A DNA stretch of 63,575 nt, counting the filler, from Octopus bimaculoides (taxonomy: Eukaryota): the NCBI RefSeq assembly GCF_001194135.2. It is 6 parts of 3 records of this genome, joined end to end, with 100 filler letters (N's around TTAATTAATTAA, not from the genome) between each part and the next. Parts side by side here need not be neighbours in the genome. Positions count along the whole stretch, not along the records: positions 15,596 to 43,994 come from NC_068983.1; 5 more parts are not named here. The stretch is one strand, 5' to 3'. Both the position numbers and the translations under genes were made by a program. Positions 26,888 to 40,201 of the stretch are shown one piece after another. The notes beneath the pieces are model-generated. The model did no database searches and was not told the DNA's origin. It was given only the letters and a program-made list of their open reading frames with translations. Every line of letters begins with the position of its first letter. The stretch's first letter is position 1.

Positions 26888-28502
26888 CAGGCAGAGAGAA
26901 AAAGAGGGACAGTATGTGTGTGGCTTTAATAAGGTGTATTGCATACCTTTGTTTCACAGTGTTCGCCAGATACATTTCCGCTATTTACATTGATCTACAT
27001 TACAGAAAGATAGTTATAGTAACAAGTCCCATTTCACAGTTCAGTTGAGCGATGTTTGGATGTGCGTCAACCTATGAAAGGTATCCCCAATGATCCAACG
27101 ACGAAACATTTACGTGTTCACTTGACCGATTAGAAATAGCTACCACGTCACAAAATACCTTTAAAACAGAGGACACCTTCGATCAAACGGGCACTTAGAC
27201 ATTAGACTCCTTTAATGTACATGAATATATATATGTATATATATATATATATATNNNNNNNNNNNNNNNNNNNNNNNNNNNNNNNNNNNNNNNNNNNNNN
27301 NNNNNNNNNNNNNNNNNNNNNNNNNNNNNNNNNNNNNNNNNNNNNNNNNNNNNNNNNNNNNNNNNNNNNNNNNNNNNNNNNNNNNNNNNNNNNNNNNNNN
27401 NNNNNNNNNNNNNNNNNNNNNNNNNNNNNNNNNNNNNNNNNNNNNNNNNNNNNNNNNNNNNNNNNNNNNNNNNNNNNNNNNNNNNNNNNNNNNNNNNNNN
27501 NNNNNNNNNNNNNNNNNNNNNNNNNNNNNNNNNNNNNNNNNNNNNNNNNNNNNNNNNNNNNNNNNNNNNNNNNNNNNNNNNNNNNNNNNNNNNNNNNNNN
27601 NNNNNNNNNNNNNNNNNNNNNNNNNNNNNNNNNNNNNNNNNNNNTATATATATTTGATAAACAAAAGTTTGTTTATATCATTTTGTTTATACCATTTGTT
27701 CTCTACGTACGTTTCACTATAGTGATGGAACCCCTGCATTGGATATTCCAAGTGCAATTGGATGCTTAACCACAACAGATAAATAACCAGGGGAACATTC
27801 TATTGCAATATGTTAAATAAATCAAATGCATCCGATTGTACTTGGAACATCCAATGTAGAGGTTTCAAACAGCCACAACGGTGAAACGCACGTTAAAAGA
27901 TGCAGGTTACCAAATTGCGAGAGTGTCAGATTTTTAAAATAATCACCGCCAAGCGAAAGAAGTGTAAACGATAGAATTGAAATTGCACTCATTCATCGTT
28001 AAAATGTTCTTTCTGAGCCGATAGCATTATAGTCTCGGTAGAAACGTTAGCACGCCGGGCGAAATGCTTAACGGTATTTTTTTCTGTCTTTACGTTCTGA
28101 GTTCAAATTCCGCCGAGGTCGACTTTGCCTTTCATTCTTTCGGGGTCGATTAAATAAGTACCAGTTACGCACTGGAGTCGATATAATCGACTTAATCTGT
28201 TTGCCTGTCCTTGTTTGTCCCGTCTGTGTGTAGCCCCTTGTGGGCAGTAAAGAAATAAGAAACGTTTATACCAACATTATATGTGTGTATGTCTGTACAC
28301 ACGCGAACATGTATAGAAACAGACAGACATAGACACACACGTGTGCGTGTGTCGCAAATATTGGATTGAAAACCTCCTTTTGAATAGAAAAAGACAAAGG
28401 CTCCCGTGGTACTCGAACCCACATTTCCTATAGACATGACAGGTGTTCTGTCATTGGACGCAACATTAATTTCTTTCTCCATTTTACAAACTTCATTCTT
28501 AC

Positions 28503-28766
28503 CAGCGAGAATTGTATGTCGTTGACGTCATAAGAATTTTTCAAACTATCGAGAGAACGTGAAATAACTTTTTCCTGTAATAGCGAATTTCGAAGCACAT
28601 ATAGCTGTAAACAATAGCGTGTAAATATTAGGTCGAAAGCTCTTTTGGAAAGAAAAAGTCGAAGGATGCTCATGGGAGTCGAATCCACACCTGTAGTAAT
28701 GACAAGCATTCTGTCACTGGACCAAAGCAATTCTTTGAATTTCTCCTGGGCAGCCTTCGGTTTTTT
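28503..28766 (-). CDS. Candidate orphan exon, 88 aa, product unknown
   Basis: AG acceptor, 88 open codons and a GTAAGA donor in unique CpG-rich sequence. No recognised homology. Confidence 0.3.
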
Positions 28767-29033
28767 CTATCTGGTTCGGGAGTCAGGGAGATTAGAAAGA
28801 TGACAGATAGACAAGTGTGTTAAAATGTGGTCCAACATAACCCAGACGTTCCCTGAGTGGATCAGTGTTGATAGACATTGATAGAGAGGGATTTATTGTC
28901 GGAAGGTGTTGAAATTATAATGATCTTATGAACTTTAGTTGACAACTGAAGAAGGTAATATTCTGAAGTACAAGAAGGATATGGAAAAAATATGTATGTG
29001 TATACATGCATATATGTGTGTCAGTGTATGTGA

Positions 29034-29101
<68 letters not shown>

Positions 29102-30199
29102 GGTATGAGTTAGAGCTCCAGATAGATTATCATTATCCAGCCAGCTTCCAGCACAGTGGTTATTCTACCGCTGTACTTAACAATGTTACTAGTTATGATA
29201 CATAAAGCATATGTAGTGGGATATTAACGTGTGTGTGTGTGTGTGTATGTGTGTGTGTGTGCGTGCGTGCGTGCGTGTGGAGCCAACAGATGAGATACAG
29301 TGATTCTAAGTATAGAAGACACTTAATAGTGCCCAAAAGATGTCTTTACAGGGTCTCGATTCCGCAAGGTAAAGAATAGCTGTCAGAGGGATCAAGTTGA
29401 GCAGATATGGAGGCGATTATGCGGATAAACAAATTAGACACTTTAAATATATTAGGTTGGGTATGAGATACAAAATATGTATATAAGTATACGTGTGTAC
29501 GCAAAACCAGAGAAAACAAAAGGTGGAGACTTCCAGATGATGATTTTTTAAGTATAAATATACAGATATTGTGTATGAAATGCAAAATATGTATATATAT
29601 TCTTTTTAACTCAAATTTTGTCGGAACTCCTGGAGACCTGCGTGTGTAGCGGGCTTGCTGCCTGCAGCCTATGGTACTATGCTGTCTGTTCTTTTCAATT
29701 ATCTAATACTTCCCTGGCCGTAAAAAGGAAGCAAACCTTTTGTAAAGGTTTTATTGAGCACTCTAATCTGATTTTCTTCTGATACCTTCTAATACTGTCC
29801 CCAAGGACCCAACAATAATTGGCATTATCTTCACCTCCATTTTCTATAGCCGGGCTATAGTACTTTAGAGGATTGTTTATATCTTTTATTTTTTTTTGCC
29901 TTCCTTCTTGAATCTTCGTGGGTCAAAGCGGCACGCAACATTAATTATATAGTACACGTGATGCACTTTGTCCATTATTATTAAACTATTATCACCACAT
30001 AACTTTTGCTAAGCTATATGTAAAAATAACCACAAACGAGGATGTGTTGTCGTGTTTTAAACATCTACAAAGGGTGAGACAGAGTGATCCACCATAAAAG
30101 CTCGGGTCTCTTTCCAGCGTGGCCGGAAGTCCCTTTTCTGCCAACAACTTTCATAGCTAGTCTACAGTAAAGGTTCTCGTCTACAGTTCGTGTCTTACG

Positions 30200-30510
30200 A
30201 GTTCATGGGCCATGCTCTACACGTTCCTCTATTTCAATATCCTTCAGCCTCTTAGGAAGCAGTTTGTGTATTGTGCCGAGTGCACGCTTTACCACAGGAA
30301 TAATTGTCACTTTTGTCTTCCACAATCTCTTCTTCCCCTCTCTCACTTTCTTTTTGTCTCTCTCTCTGGCGAGGTCAAGATATTTCTCAATTTTCGCAAT
30401 TCCCTTGACATCCAATTACTACCATATGATATTGCAAGGTCTATGATCATACACTACGATCCTATTTGGTCTCTTTTCTTCCATGGTGTGGCTTGTCTTA
30501 TGGAGAAATA
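30200..30510 (-). mobile_element. R4/Dong-like RLE retrotransposon C-terminal relic
   Basis: KIEKYLDLARE...RLWKTKVTIIPVVKRALGTIHK matches the EKxxKYxDL...LW...xxPIVIGALG endonuclease tail. Confidence 0.7.
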
Positions 30511-30899
30511 AAACTAAGCATGTTAGCCGTGAAGAAGCTTCGAATATTAAATGTTAAAAAGAAACAGCCTTAAGACAAATGAAAATTTGAAAGACAATAT
30601 ATGTTGAGATTCGTTTCACAGTAACTTTCAGTAATTGTTACTCGGATTTTCATCGCTTTACAATACATCCAATATCAGTGACGAGCACCTTAAGAGAATG
30701 AAATATTGTATATCAGTTAGTTAAACTCTCGGCTTAGAAATAGTACATAGTTGGCTCTTTCAAACCCACCACAAAGCCAGTTCTGCTTTCTTTTGTATTA
30801 ATTGGTATCAACGATTGCAAATATAATTTCAATTATGCAACTCGTATTCTTAGGGGATTTCTTACTAAACATTAACAGTTCACCAGAAAACTTTTTTTT

Positions 30900-31387
30900 T
30901 ATGGTCCATAAGTATACGCAAGAGTTGCACCTTTGAGCTGCCTTTTCATCTTGGGGAAGAGATAGAAGTCTTCAGGTGCTAAATCTGGCGAATGGGGTGG
31001 GGGTGGAAGCGATACCATGTTGTTTTTGTCGAGAAACTCACAAGTGAGGAGAACTCGGTGACAGGGTGCATTGTCGTCGTGATGAGTCCAATTCTTCGCG
31101 CTCCACAGATCCGGTCGCTTTCACCGAATGTCCTCCCTCAAACGCTTCAAAACGTCACAGTAGGACTCTCGATTGACGGTTTAGCCCTGGGGGGCAAATT
31201 CTCGATGCACAATACTGCGTGATCACAAAAACACAAATTTCACAACTTGCGAAGTAAACACAGAGATGTCACTCAGATCACTGCTTCATGAAGGTCGCTG
31301 CTAGCTCTCACTGCGCATGCGACTGTGTGCTGCCATCTGTTGGCGTGCTACAGAATTAGTCCGTGAATTTGTGGGTACCACCTCGTA
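30900..31387 (-). mobile_element. Mariner (DD34D) transposase relic with one terminus
   Basis: Minus-strand HHDDNAPCH...PHSPDLAPEDFYLFPKMKRQLKG, ending in cctcgTA. Confidence 0.85.
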
Positions 31388-34300
31388 TATAAGTGTGCAT
31401 TCATATGTACATATATATATATATGTGTGTGTGTGNNNNNNNNNNNNNNNNNNNNNNNNNNNNNNNNNNNNNNNNNNNNNNNNNNNNNNNNNNNNNNNNN
31501 NNNNNNNNNNNNNNNNNNNNNNNNNNNNNNNNNNNNNNNNNNNNNNNNNNNNNNNNNNNNNNNNNNNNNNNNNNNNNNNNNNNNNNNNNNNNNNNNNNNN
31601 NNNNNNNNNNNNNNNNNNNNNNNNNNNNNNNNNNNNNNNNNNNNNNNNNNNNNNNNNNNNNNNNNNNNNNNNNNNNNNNNNNNNNNNNNNNNNNNNNNNN
31701 NNNNNNNNNNNNNNNNNNNNNNNNNNNNNNNNNNNNNNNNNNNNNNNNNNNNNNNNNNNNNNNNNNNNNNNNNNNNNNNNNNNNNNNNNNNNNNNNNNNN
31801 NNNNNNNNNNNNNNNNNNNNNNNNNNNNNNNNNNNNNNNNNNNNNNNNNNNNNNNNNNNNNNNNNNNNNNNNNNNNNNNNNNNNNNNNNNNNNNNNNNNN
31901 NNNNNNNNNNNNNNNNNNNNNNNNNNNNNNNNNNNNNNNNNNNNNNNNNNNNNNNNNNNNNNNNNNNNNNNNNNNNNNNNNNNNNNNNNNNNNNNNNNNN
32001 NNNNNNNNNNNNNNNNNNNNNNNNNNNNNNNNNNNNNNNNNNNNNNNNNNNNNNNNNNNNNNNNNNNNNNNNNNNNNNNNNNNNNNNNNNNNNNNNNNNN
32101 NNNNNNNNNNNNNNNNNNNNNNNNNNNNNNNNNNNNNNNNNNNNNNNNNNNNNNNNNNNNNNNNNNNNNNNNNNNNNNNNNNNNNNNNNNNNNNNNNNNN
32201 NNNNNNNNNNNNNNNNNNNNNNNNNNNNNNNNNNNNNNNNNNNNNNNNNNNNNNNNNNNNNNNNNNNNNNNNNNNNNNNNNNNNNNNNNNNNNNNNNGTA
32301 TGATTGTGTATAGAGGAATATATTATTTTGTTTAAAAGAGTTCCAACACTGTCTGTTTTTTATGTTTTATTTATATTCCTGCAAAACCAATGTGGGATAT
32401 AGAATATGGAATATACAATATATAATATAAAATAAAAATGGATGGTACTATGAAATAAAGTATTGAATGTCTTATTGAATATATGGAATATGTCTTATTG
32501 AATAGATGAAATATTGAGTGTTCAATATAAAGGATTAAATATATAAATATATAAAGGCGAATATGTATTTTCTATACCTTGTGGTATTTCATCATGGCCG
32601 GTTAAAGTCTGTCATACAACTCCAGCCGAGACGGTGTTGTCATTGTTCCAAAAATAGCTTAGATCCTGACCTTTTCATCTCTGCTGGCTAAAAACAAATT
32701 CTTTACTATTATTATCATCCCTCTCCCTAGTATTGCTACTTCTACTATTCTCATTATTATTGTTAATATTGTTAGTAAATGAGCTATAAATCTATCATAT
32801 AATTTGCTAATTTTACAAGATGGCAGTGTGGTCAAAGATCGATGGATGATGGCAAAGGGAGATAATCACCTAGGGTTTTACCCTTAAAAACGAAACTTTC
32901 CCCCTCCATATTTTAAAGAGGTCTCAGGCCAGCAGTGTTTGGGGTCTGAAGATACGCCGTAAGGCTAAACTCCTTATGAGCAAGAAACCCAGGGTAACTC
33001 CTTAAACCAGCCTAGCCCACTATAAAATTAACTGCTCTACATCTTAGAGTGTGCTTCTCCTCTAGATTTATGTATTTCTACAAACGATATATATATATAT
33101 AGTTTTAGGGAAAATAACCAATTATCAAGAACTCATCGATGAAAATCCACTATCACATATAGAAAAATTAATAATTAAAAGCACAATAAATGAGTATAAT
33201 ATAAAGTAAAGTAAATATCATAAGATAAATATAATAAAAAGATTACACGTGTTTCATAACCAATTTTCAAATGGAAAAGAAATTTAAATCGATTAAAATC
33301 AATTGAAATTATCGAAAAAAAGTTCTATTCAAAAATATAGCTACTCGTCAGATCGTAAGTAGAACAATAATTAGATATATATCTCAACCAACAATAAGTA
33401 CCAAATGAATTAATATGAAATACTTATTATATAAAGATAGAAAAATTATTTAAAAAATATCATAATATCAAAATAATAACNNNNNNNNNNNNNNNNNNNN
33501 NNNNNNNNNNNNNNNNNNNNNNNNNNNNNNNNNNNNNNNNNNNNNNNNNNNNNNNNNNNNNNNNNNNNNNNNNNNNNNNNNNNNNNNNNNNNNNNNNNNN
33601 NNNNNNNNNNNNNNNNNNNNNNNNNNNNNNNNNNNNNNNNNNNNNNNNNNNNNNNNNNNNNNNNNNNNNNNNNNNNNNNNNNNNNNNNNNNNNNNNNNNN
33701 NNNNNNNNNNNNNNNNNNNNNNNNNNNNNNNNNNNNNNNNNNNNNNNNNNNNNNNNNNNNNNNNNNNNNNNNNNNNNNNNNNNNNNNNNNNNNNNNNNNN
33801 NNNNNNNNNNNNNNNNNNNNNNNNNNNNNNNNNNNNNNNNNNNNNNNNNNNNNNNNNNNNNNNNNNNNNNNNNNNNNNNNNNNNNNNNNNNNNNNNNNNN
33901 NNNNNNNNNNNNNNNNNNNNNNNNNNNNNNNNNNNNNNNNNNNNNNNNNNNNNNNNNNNNNNNNNNNNNNNNNNNNNNNNNNNNNNNNNNNNNNNNNNNN
34001 NNNNNNNNTATATATATATATATATATCAAAATGTAACCACATGTAAATCATTGGCAATTTTCTTCCTCCGTCTTCCTTTTCATTGGACTTTCCCCTGTT
34101 TCCGAAGAAGAGCGTTTGCTCAAAACGTTAAACCATCTTTCTTTTCTTCTCTGAGCGTCTGCTAACACTTTACATGTACCACGTCCTCACGTTGTTGTTT
34201 TTTGTGTTTGTTCTTCTTTTTGGGATTTACTCTGTGTGTGTAAGTATATGCTTCAACAGATAAACAGGTATAGAGCAAAATTCAATAAGTAAAAAAACAA

Positions 34301-34580
34301 CATAATAAAAAAATAGCTTAATTTATTCATTTATGTACAATGAATGAAGGCACATAGCTTGAGAGCTCAATTCTTGGACTGGGCAGCATGTTGTATTTTT
34401 GAGCAAAGTACTTTTATTTCACATTGTACCAGTACTCTCTGTTGAAAATGGGTAACAAAGGCACCTGGTGGTTAACCTGCAATAGACAAGTGTCCCATTC
34501 AGGCATCAGTCTTGAACACTCAGCCTAAAATGCTTTTAAAAATGCAAATAAGCCCTGGAACCATGGGCTCAAAACAGATT

Positions 34581-35040
34581 TTATGTATAGTCACTATGAT
34601 GGATGTATCGTCTTAAATGATGACTTATTGATGACACAACATCAGGTTTGAGCAGACATTTCAAAAATGTTTCCTGGTTAACATTGAGCAATTCTTCAAT
34701 CTTGTCTTTATTATCTTCCTCAAATGAAACCGAGTGCAAATCTTTTAAACAATGACGCTTCCGGCATTGCTTTTCCCAAGATCTTTGTTGAAGATTATCT
34801 AAAAAACCTTCCAGGGAACTTGGAGATAGTTTATATATACGCGGAGTCTTTTCTGTAACATCAAGCTTCAGTTTTTTAGGAATCTGTTCTCCCTCTAGAG
34901 ACAGTTCAGCTGACTTGCTGAATGTGTGTGAAACAAGAGCGGAAGTATCTTCAAAGTTTTTCTTGGAATCCTGATCTGAAGGAGATATTTCAAGATTTGT
35001 GTTCTTTGGGTTCTTGTGAGTAATGCTATGTTGTGATTGG
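34581..35040 (-). CDS. HSPBAP1: Terminal exon (QSQHSITHK...FLKCLLKPDVVSSISHHLRRYIHHSDYT*)
   Basis: T-rich TCTAG acceptor, phase 2, 153 codons to TAA. FLKCLLKPDV resembles the HSPBAP1 C-terminal LLDCLVNPQV block (recalled). Confidence 0.85.
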
Positions 35041-35751
35041 CTAGAAAAAAAAAGGAAATATTTACAAATATAAATTAGACTGAAATGTGAAATTATATGG
35101 TAGATGAGGGATCTAGTTGGTTTGGCTGCCAGCATCAATTCTGTTCGAATTGATTTCATATTCAGTGTAATGATACACACTTTTATAGGCTAATGAATGA
35201 CTTGAAAATGATTTTCGTTATAAATCAATAAATAAAGAATTATTAGCAATTAAAGTTTGAAAATTTTTGGTAATTTTAGTCAATCGTAAGCCACAGACAC
35301 ACTCGTGCCTGTTTCCAAGTAACAAGCAGAACATGAGAACTCTTTTGTCTGTGAAAAAGCATGTATTGACAGATATATTAAAACCACTTGTTTTACCTAT
35401 CTGTTGATAACAGAGCATGTGAATTTATGAACAGGTCAACAAAATGTTTGCTTTTTAAAAATATTTAATTTGTAATGTGTTGTTCATCAAATTTGCATTA
35501 AATGCATATTGAATGCTTAAAACTACTTTTTACTCGTTTCTTTGTTTCTTTTAGTCATTGAGGTGGTTGTGCAGTGTGCTAAAAATAACAGCTAAATAAC
35601 GTGTTTTGGATAAATCTTTTAAATTAACATAAACATTTATTTACATGAAAGAAAATTACCGGAGAACTTTCATCTAATTCTTCCAAATCTTTCCGTTAAA
35701 ACTATTGAAACCATTTGTGGAGAAAAATGTGTGCATGTATGTATGTATGTA

Positions 35752-35828
<77 letters not shown>

Positions 35829-36269
35829 GAGAGAAGATGCACAATAACAGAGAGAGGCCAGAGATATGTATGGGTGAATACACTAAGTGCTTCATTGGCA
35901 GATATGAGAGGACATTCAAGGGAAATAGGTATATGGAGTTGTTTGCTTCCAGTTTCATGCATAAAATGAAATAGTTAAAGATGATGTTCAGAATGCAGGA
36001 TGGATGGCACATGAAGTGATTGTAAGGCAAAGGGTAACTGGTAGCACAAAAGGGATATGAAATATGAGCAGTTCTGCACTTATATAATTACAGTAGCTGA
36101 GAAAACGGTGCCATAGTTAGGAGGGTGAAAGTGGGACAGATATTATGAAGATGAGTTGTGGGGAAGAGTTGTCAGGTACAGACTGAGTGTGGCTTTTAGG
36201 CCTTCATTCTTGAGCACAGCTATTGTTAGGTGAAGAAGGCATGAGGATCTACAGAAAAAAAGTACTTAC

Positions 36270-36493
36270 AGATTTTCAATCTTCCCACCAACTATATTCC
36301 ATATACAGTTTGAGAGATTTTGAAGATGGTTAGGCAATTTCATATGAAATGGGTTATCAGTAGATTCCTCTTCAGAAATATTGCTGCTAGATTCAACACT
36401 TAAATCTATGGAAGTAGCCCTCACAGATGAATCAGCTGCCATAAACAGTGCCTGTGATAAATAACCCAAGTTCACATTTTCTGGTTCCAAATC
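36270..36493 (-). CDS. HSPBAP1: Exon (DLEPENVNLGYLSQALFMAADSS...IVGGKIEN)
   Basis: TTTTCAATAG acceptor, GTAAGT donor, 224 nt, phase 0 to 2. VNLGYLSQA parallels VNCCYLNAA (recalled). Confidence 0.85.
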
Positions 36494-37308
36494 CTATTGA
36501 AAAAATAACAACATACAAAACTATTAAATATTGTTTTTAAGACATTATATACATTTAAAAGCACAGGTGTAACTGAGAGGATATGGAGTGCATTTTGTTC
36601 CTCTCTTCCCTCATGTTTTATCCCACCACATTGCACTTCGGATAAGTGTCTTCTGCTGTAACCTTGGGTCAATCAATGCCTTGTAAGTAGAACTGGTAGG
36701 CAGAAACTGTACAGAAGCCTATCATATCATCATCACCATCGTTTAATGTCCGTCTTCCATATTGGCATGTGTTGGACGGTTTGACAGAAGCCAGCCAGGT
36801 AGTAGACTACACCAGGCTTCTGTGTCTGCTTTGGCATGGTTTTTACGGCTGGATGCCCTTCCTAACACCAACCACTCTGTATACACACACACACGCACAT
36901 ATATATGTATATGTGCATGGGTGTATGCAATATATGTGTGTGTGTCTGAGTGTATGCGTGTATATGTCTATTTATGTACGTATGTATGTGTGTGTTTTGT
37001 AAATAATCTGCAGAAGTTACAGAGTGACTCAAGGGCCAAGCGCTCGTGCTGGTGTCACATAAGAGTACTCATGGTGATGCCATGTAAAAAGCACCTGGCA
37101 CACTCTGTAAAGTGGCTGGCATTAGGAAGGGCATCCAGCCCTTGAAACCAAGCCAAACCAGACAGAAACCTGATGCAGCTCTCCTGCTTCCCAGCTCTGG
37201 TCAAACCGTCCAACCCATGACAGCATGGAAAACGGACATTATAGGATGATGATGATGATGATGATAAACATAAACATACACATATATATGTACACATATA
37301 TACGTGAA

Positions 37309-37615
37309 GGCAAATGGCTCAGTGGTTAGAGCATCGAGCTTACGATCGTGGGGTTGTGAGTTCAAATCCTGGACCGGGCTGCGTGTTGTGTTCTTGAGCA
37401 AGACACTCAGCTGTAGAAATGAGTTGCGACGTCACAGGTGCCAAGCTGTATCGGCCTTTGCCTTTCCCTTGGATAACACTGGTGGCGTGGAGAGGGGAGG
37501 CCGGTATGCATGGGCGACTGCTGGTCTTCCATAAACAACCTTGCCCGGACTTGTACCTTGGAGGGGAACTTCCTAGGTGCAATTCCATGGTCAGTCATGG
37601 CCGAAGGGAGTCTCA
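37309..37615 (+). mobile_element. tRNA-headed SINE family C
   Basis: A-box-like TGGCTCAGTGG and B-box-like GAGTTCAAATCC. Confidence 0.7.
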
Positions 37616-37864
37616 ACACATATATAATATGATGGCTTGTGCATAGTTTTCCATCAACTAAACTTCATTTCCAAAGACACTTGTTTAAGGCGAAGTGACA
37701 TGCAATGAGATTAGAACCTAGAAGCACATGGTTAAGATGCAAATTGCTTAACTCCATTCCTCTGCATGTATCTATATTCTTTTCTACTCTAGGTACAAGG
37801 CCCAAAATTTTTGGGGAGTTGAAGCAGTTGATTAGATTGGCCCCAGTACACAACTGGTACTTAC

Positions 37865-38421
37865 TTTATCGACCCCGAAAGGATGAAAGGTAAAGTCAAC
37901 CTCGGCGGAATTTGAACTCAGAACGTACAGACAGATGAAATACCGCTAAGCATTTCGCTCGGCGTGCTAACGTTTCTTATTTCTTTATTGCCCACAAGGG
38001 GCTAAACATAGAGGGGACAAACAAGGACATAAAAAGGGATTAAGTCGATTACATCGACCCCAGTGCGTAACTGGCACTTAATTTATCGACCCCGAAAGGA
38101 TGAAAGGCAAAGTCAACCTCGGTGAAATTTGAACTCAGAACGTAGACAGACGAAATACCGCTAAGCATTTCGCTCGGCGTGCTAACGTTTCTTATTTCTT
38201 TATTGCCCACAAGGGGCTAAACATAGAGGGGACAAACAAGGACATAAAAAGGGATTAAGTCGATTACATCGACCCCAGTGCGTAACTGGCACTTAATTTA
38301 TCGACCCCGAAAGGATGAAAGGCAAAGTCAACCTCGGTGAAATTTGAACTCAGAACGTAGACAGACGAAATACCGCTAAGCATTTCGCCCGGCGTGCTAA
38401 CGTTTCTGCCAGCTCACCACC
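37865..38421 (-). repeat. Head-to-tail 215-bp tandem array of SINE family A
   Basis: The marker taagtcgattacatc occurs at 38041 and 38256. About 2.6 nearly identical units. Confidence 0.9.
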
Positions 38422-38550
38422 CGTCTGCATGTATCTATATTGCAACAGAAAATGTTTAAAAATTGAAACTGTAAAAAAATACAAGAAAGTAGAAACAGTA
38501 GAATCAAATTTATTTATGAAAGAAGAAAATAGTGAAAACAATTCTCTAAC

Positions 38551-38652
38551 CTCCTTTGGGTTTATTCTGAAATCTTGTTGGCAATCTTGAGACCATTTGC
38601 TAAAAATCAATCTTGTAATGGCTTCATCTACTCGACTTTCATTATCTTCATG
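38551..38652 (-). CDS. HSPBAP1: Exon (HEDNESRVDEAITRLIFSKWSQDCQQDFRINPKE)
   Basis: TTATAG acceptor, GTTAGA donor, 102 nt, phase 0/0. RVDEAITR matches RVEEAITR (recalled). Confidence 0.9.
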
Positions 38653-39349
38653 CTATAAAATAGAGAAAATAGTGAAGAAACTTATTAAAAAATTGATGTC
38701 TCTATGAGGTTAGAATATATTATTGTTACTTATTGAGATTTATCAATGCAATATTCTGTGAGTGGATACCCTTCCTGTTGCTAATCATTGCTAAGCTAAG
38801 ATTAAGTAACCAGCAAAGCAAATGTGCCTCTGTGTAGCTACAAGAGATAGTAGCTACAAATGCTACACCCTTCCATCATGTAAAGACATTGCTGTATTGT
38901 AAAAATACAGTCATTGAACAACTATGTCTGATATACAAAAAAACAAAACAGGATGAAGATTTGAATGACTTATCACAAGTCTGTTTGATCACCATCACTA
39001 CCACAACAATGACAACAAAAACAACAACAGCAGCAGCAACAACAACAATATTTTCTAAAGTCTGTAACTTATTTCATCAGACCCTTTTGCCAAACTGCTA
39101 AGTTACAGGGTATGTAAACAAAGTAGCACTGGTCTTCAAGTGGTAACAGGAGACAAACACACTGACATACACACACACATGTTTACAAGCTTTTTTCAGT
39201 TTCCATGTACCTAATCCACTCACAAAGCTTTAGTTGGCTTTGGGCTGTAGTAGAAGACACCTGCCAAAGGTATTGCACAGTGGAACTGAACCCAGAGTTA
39301 TGTGATTGGGAAGGAAAATTCGTACCACATAGATACACCTGCACCAATA

Positions 39350-39386
<37 letters not shown>

Positions 39387-39634
39387 ATACAAAGAATATA
39401 TATACATGTATACACACATATATGTACATACTTACATCTACATGTGTATATACATGCATATCAGGGTACAGGACGTTAGAACAATAAACTACAGACAACG
39501 GAACGAACACATAGGAAAACGGAAAGCCCCTTGGAATATCCCTTCATCAGCTGTCTCTATTCTATCTAGACGTTTCGAAGACCAGACAGGACGTACTCTA
39601 GAATAGTCTCTTCCTGAGTAGTGGATATATATAC

Positions 39635-39675
<41 letters not shown>

Positions 39676-39936
39676 NNNNNNNNNNNNNNNNNNNNNNNNN
39701 NNNNNNNNNNNNNNNNNNNNNNNNNNNNNNNNAGTCAATTACATTGACCCCAGTACTTGACTAGTACTTACTTTGTCAACACCAAAAGAATGAAAGGCAA
39801 AGATTCGCCTCAGCAGAATTTGAACCCAGAACATAAAAGACATATGAAATGTCGCTAAGCATTTTGTCTGTAATGCAAACAGTTCTGCCTGTTTGCTGTC
39901 TTATGTTGAGTCTTAATAAAAACAATTTAACATTAA

Positions 39937-40201
39937 CCCTTTAGTGTTCAGATTACTCTGTTAAATGTAATACTTTTTCACTCAAATTGTTTTGAATTAA
40001 TCATGCCTTATCTTATAGCTTTGAGGTTTCAATGATGTGATTGTTTATTTTTAGAATGTCAATGTAGGTTAGGTGTGAGAAGATAGATATCGCCAGTTTG
40101 AATATAAAACATGTAGAATATCTGGGCCAGATATGGCCTGTTTGAATATAAAACATGTAGAATATATCGGTCCGGATATGGCCAGTTTAAATACAAAACG
40201 G
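39937..40201. mobile_element. piggyBac-like MITE
   Basis: TTAA on both sides (39933, 40202), CCCTTTAG left terminus and an internal ~45-bp tandem duplication. Confidence 0.55.

Noticed and set aside
28395-28700. Two B-box/T-arm-like motifs (gtgggttcgagtaccac, ggattcgactccc)
   Set aside because: No acceptor stem or D-arm can be built, so these are not tRNA genes.
34095-34135. Hammerhead-like CCGAAGA..GAGC/GCUC..AAAAC
   Set aside because: Two core substitutions and no cleavage triplet or stem I.
39530-39595. Minus-strand GAAACGUC...CUGAUGA hammerhead-like pieces
   Set aside because: Stems I and II cannot be paired.
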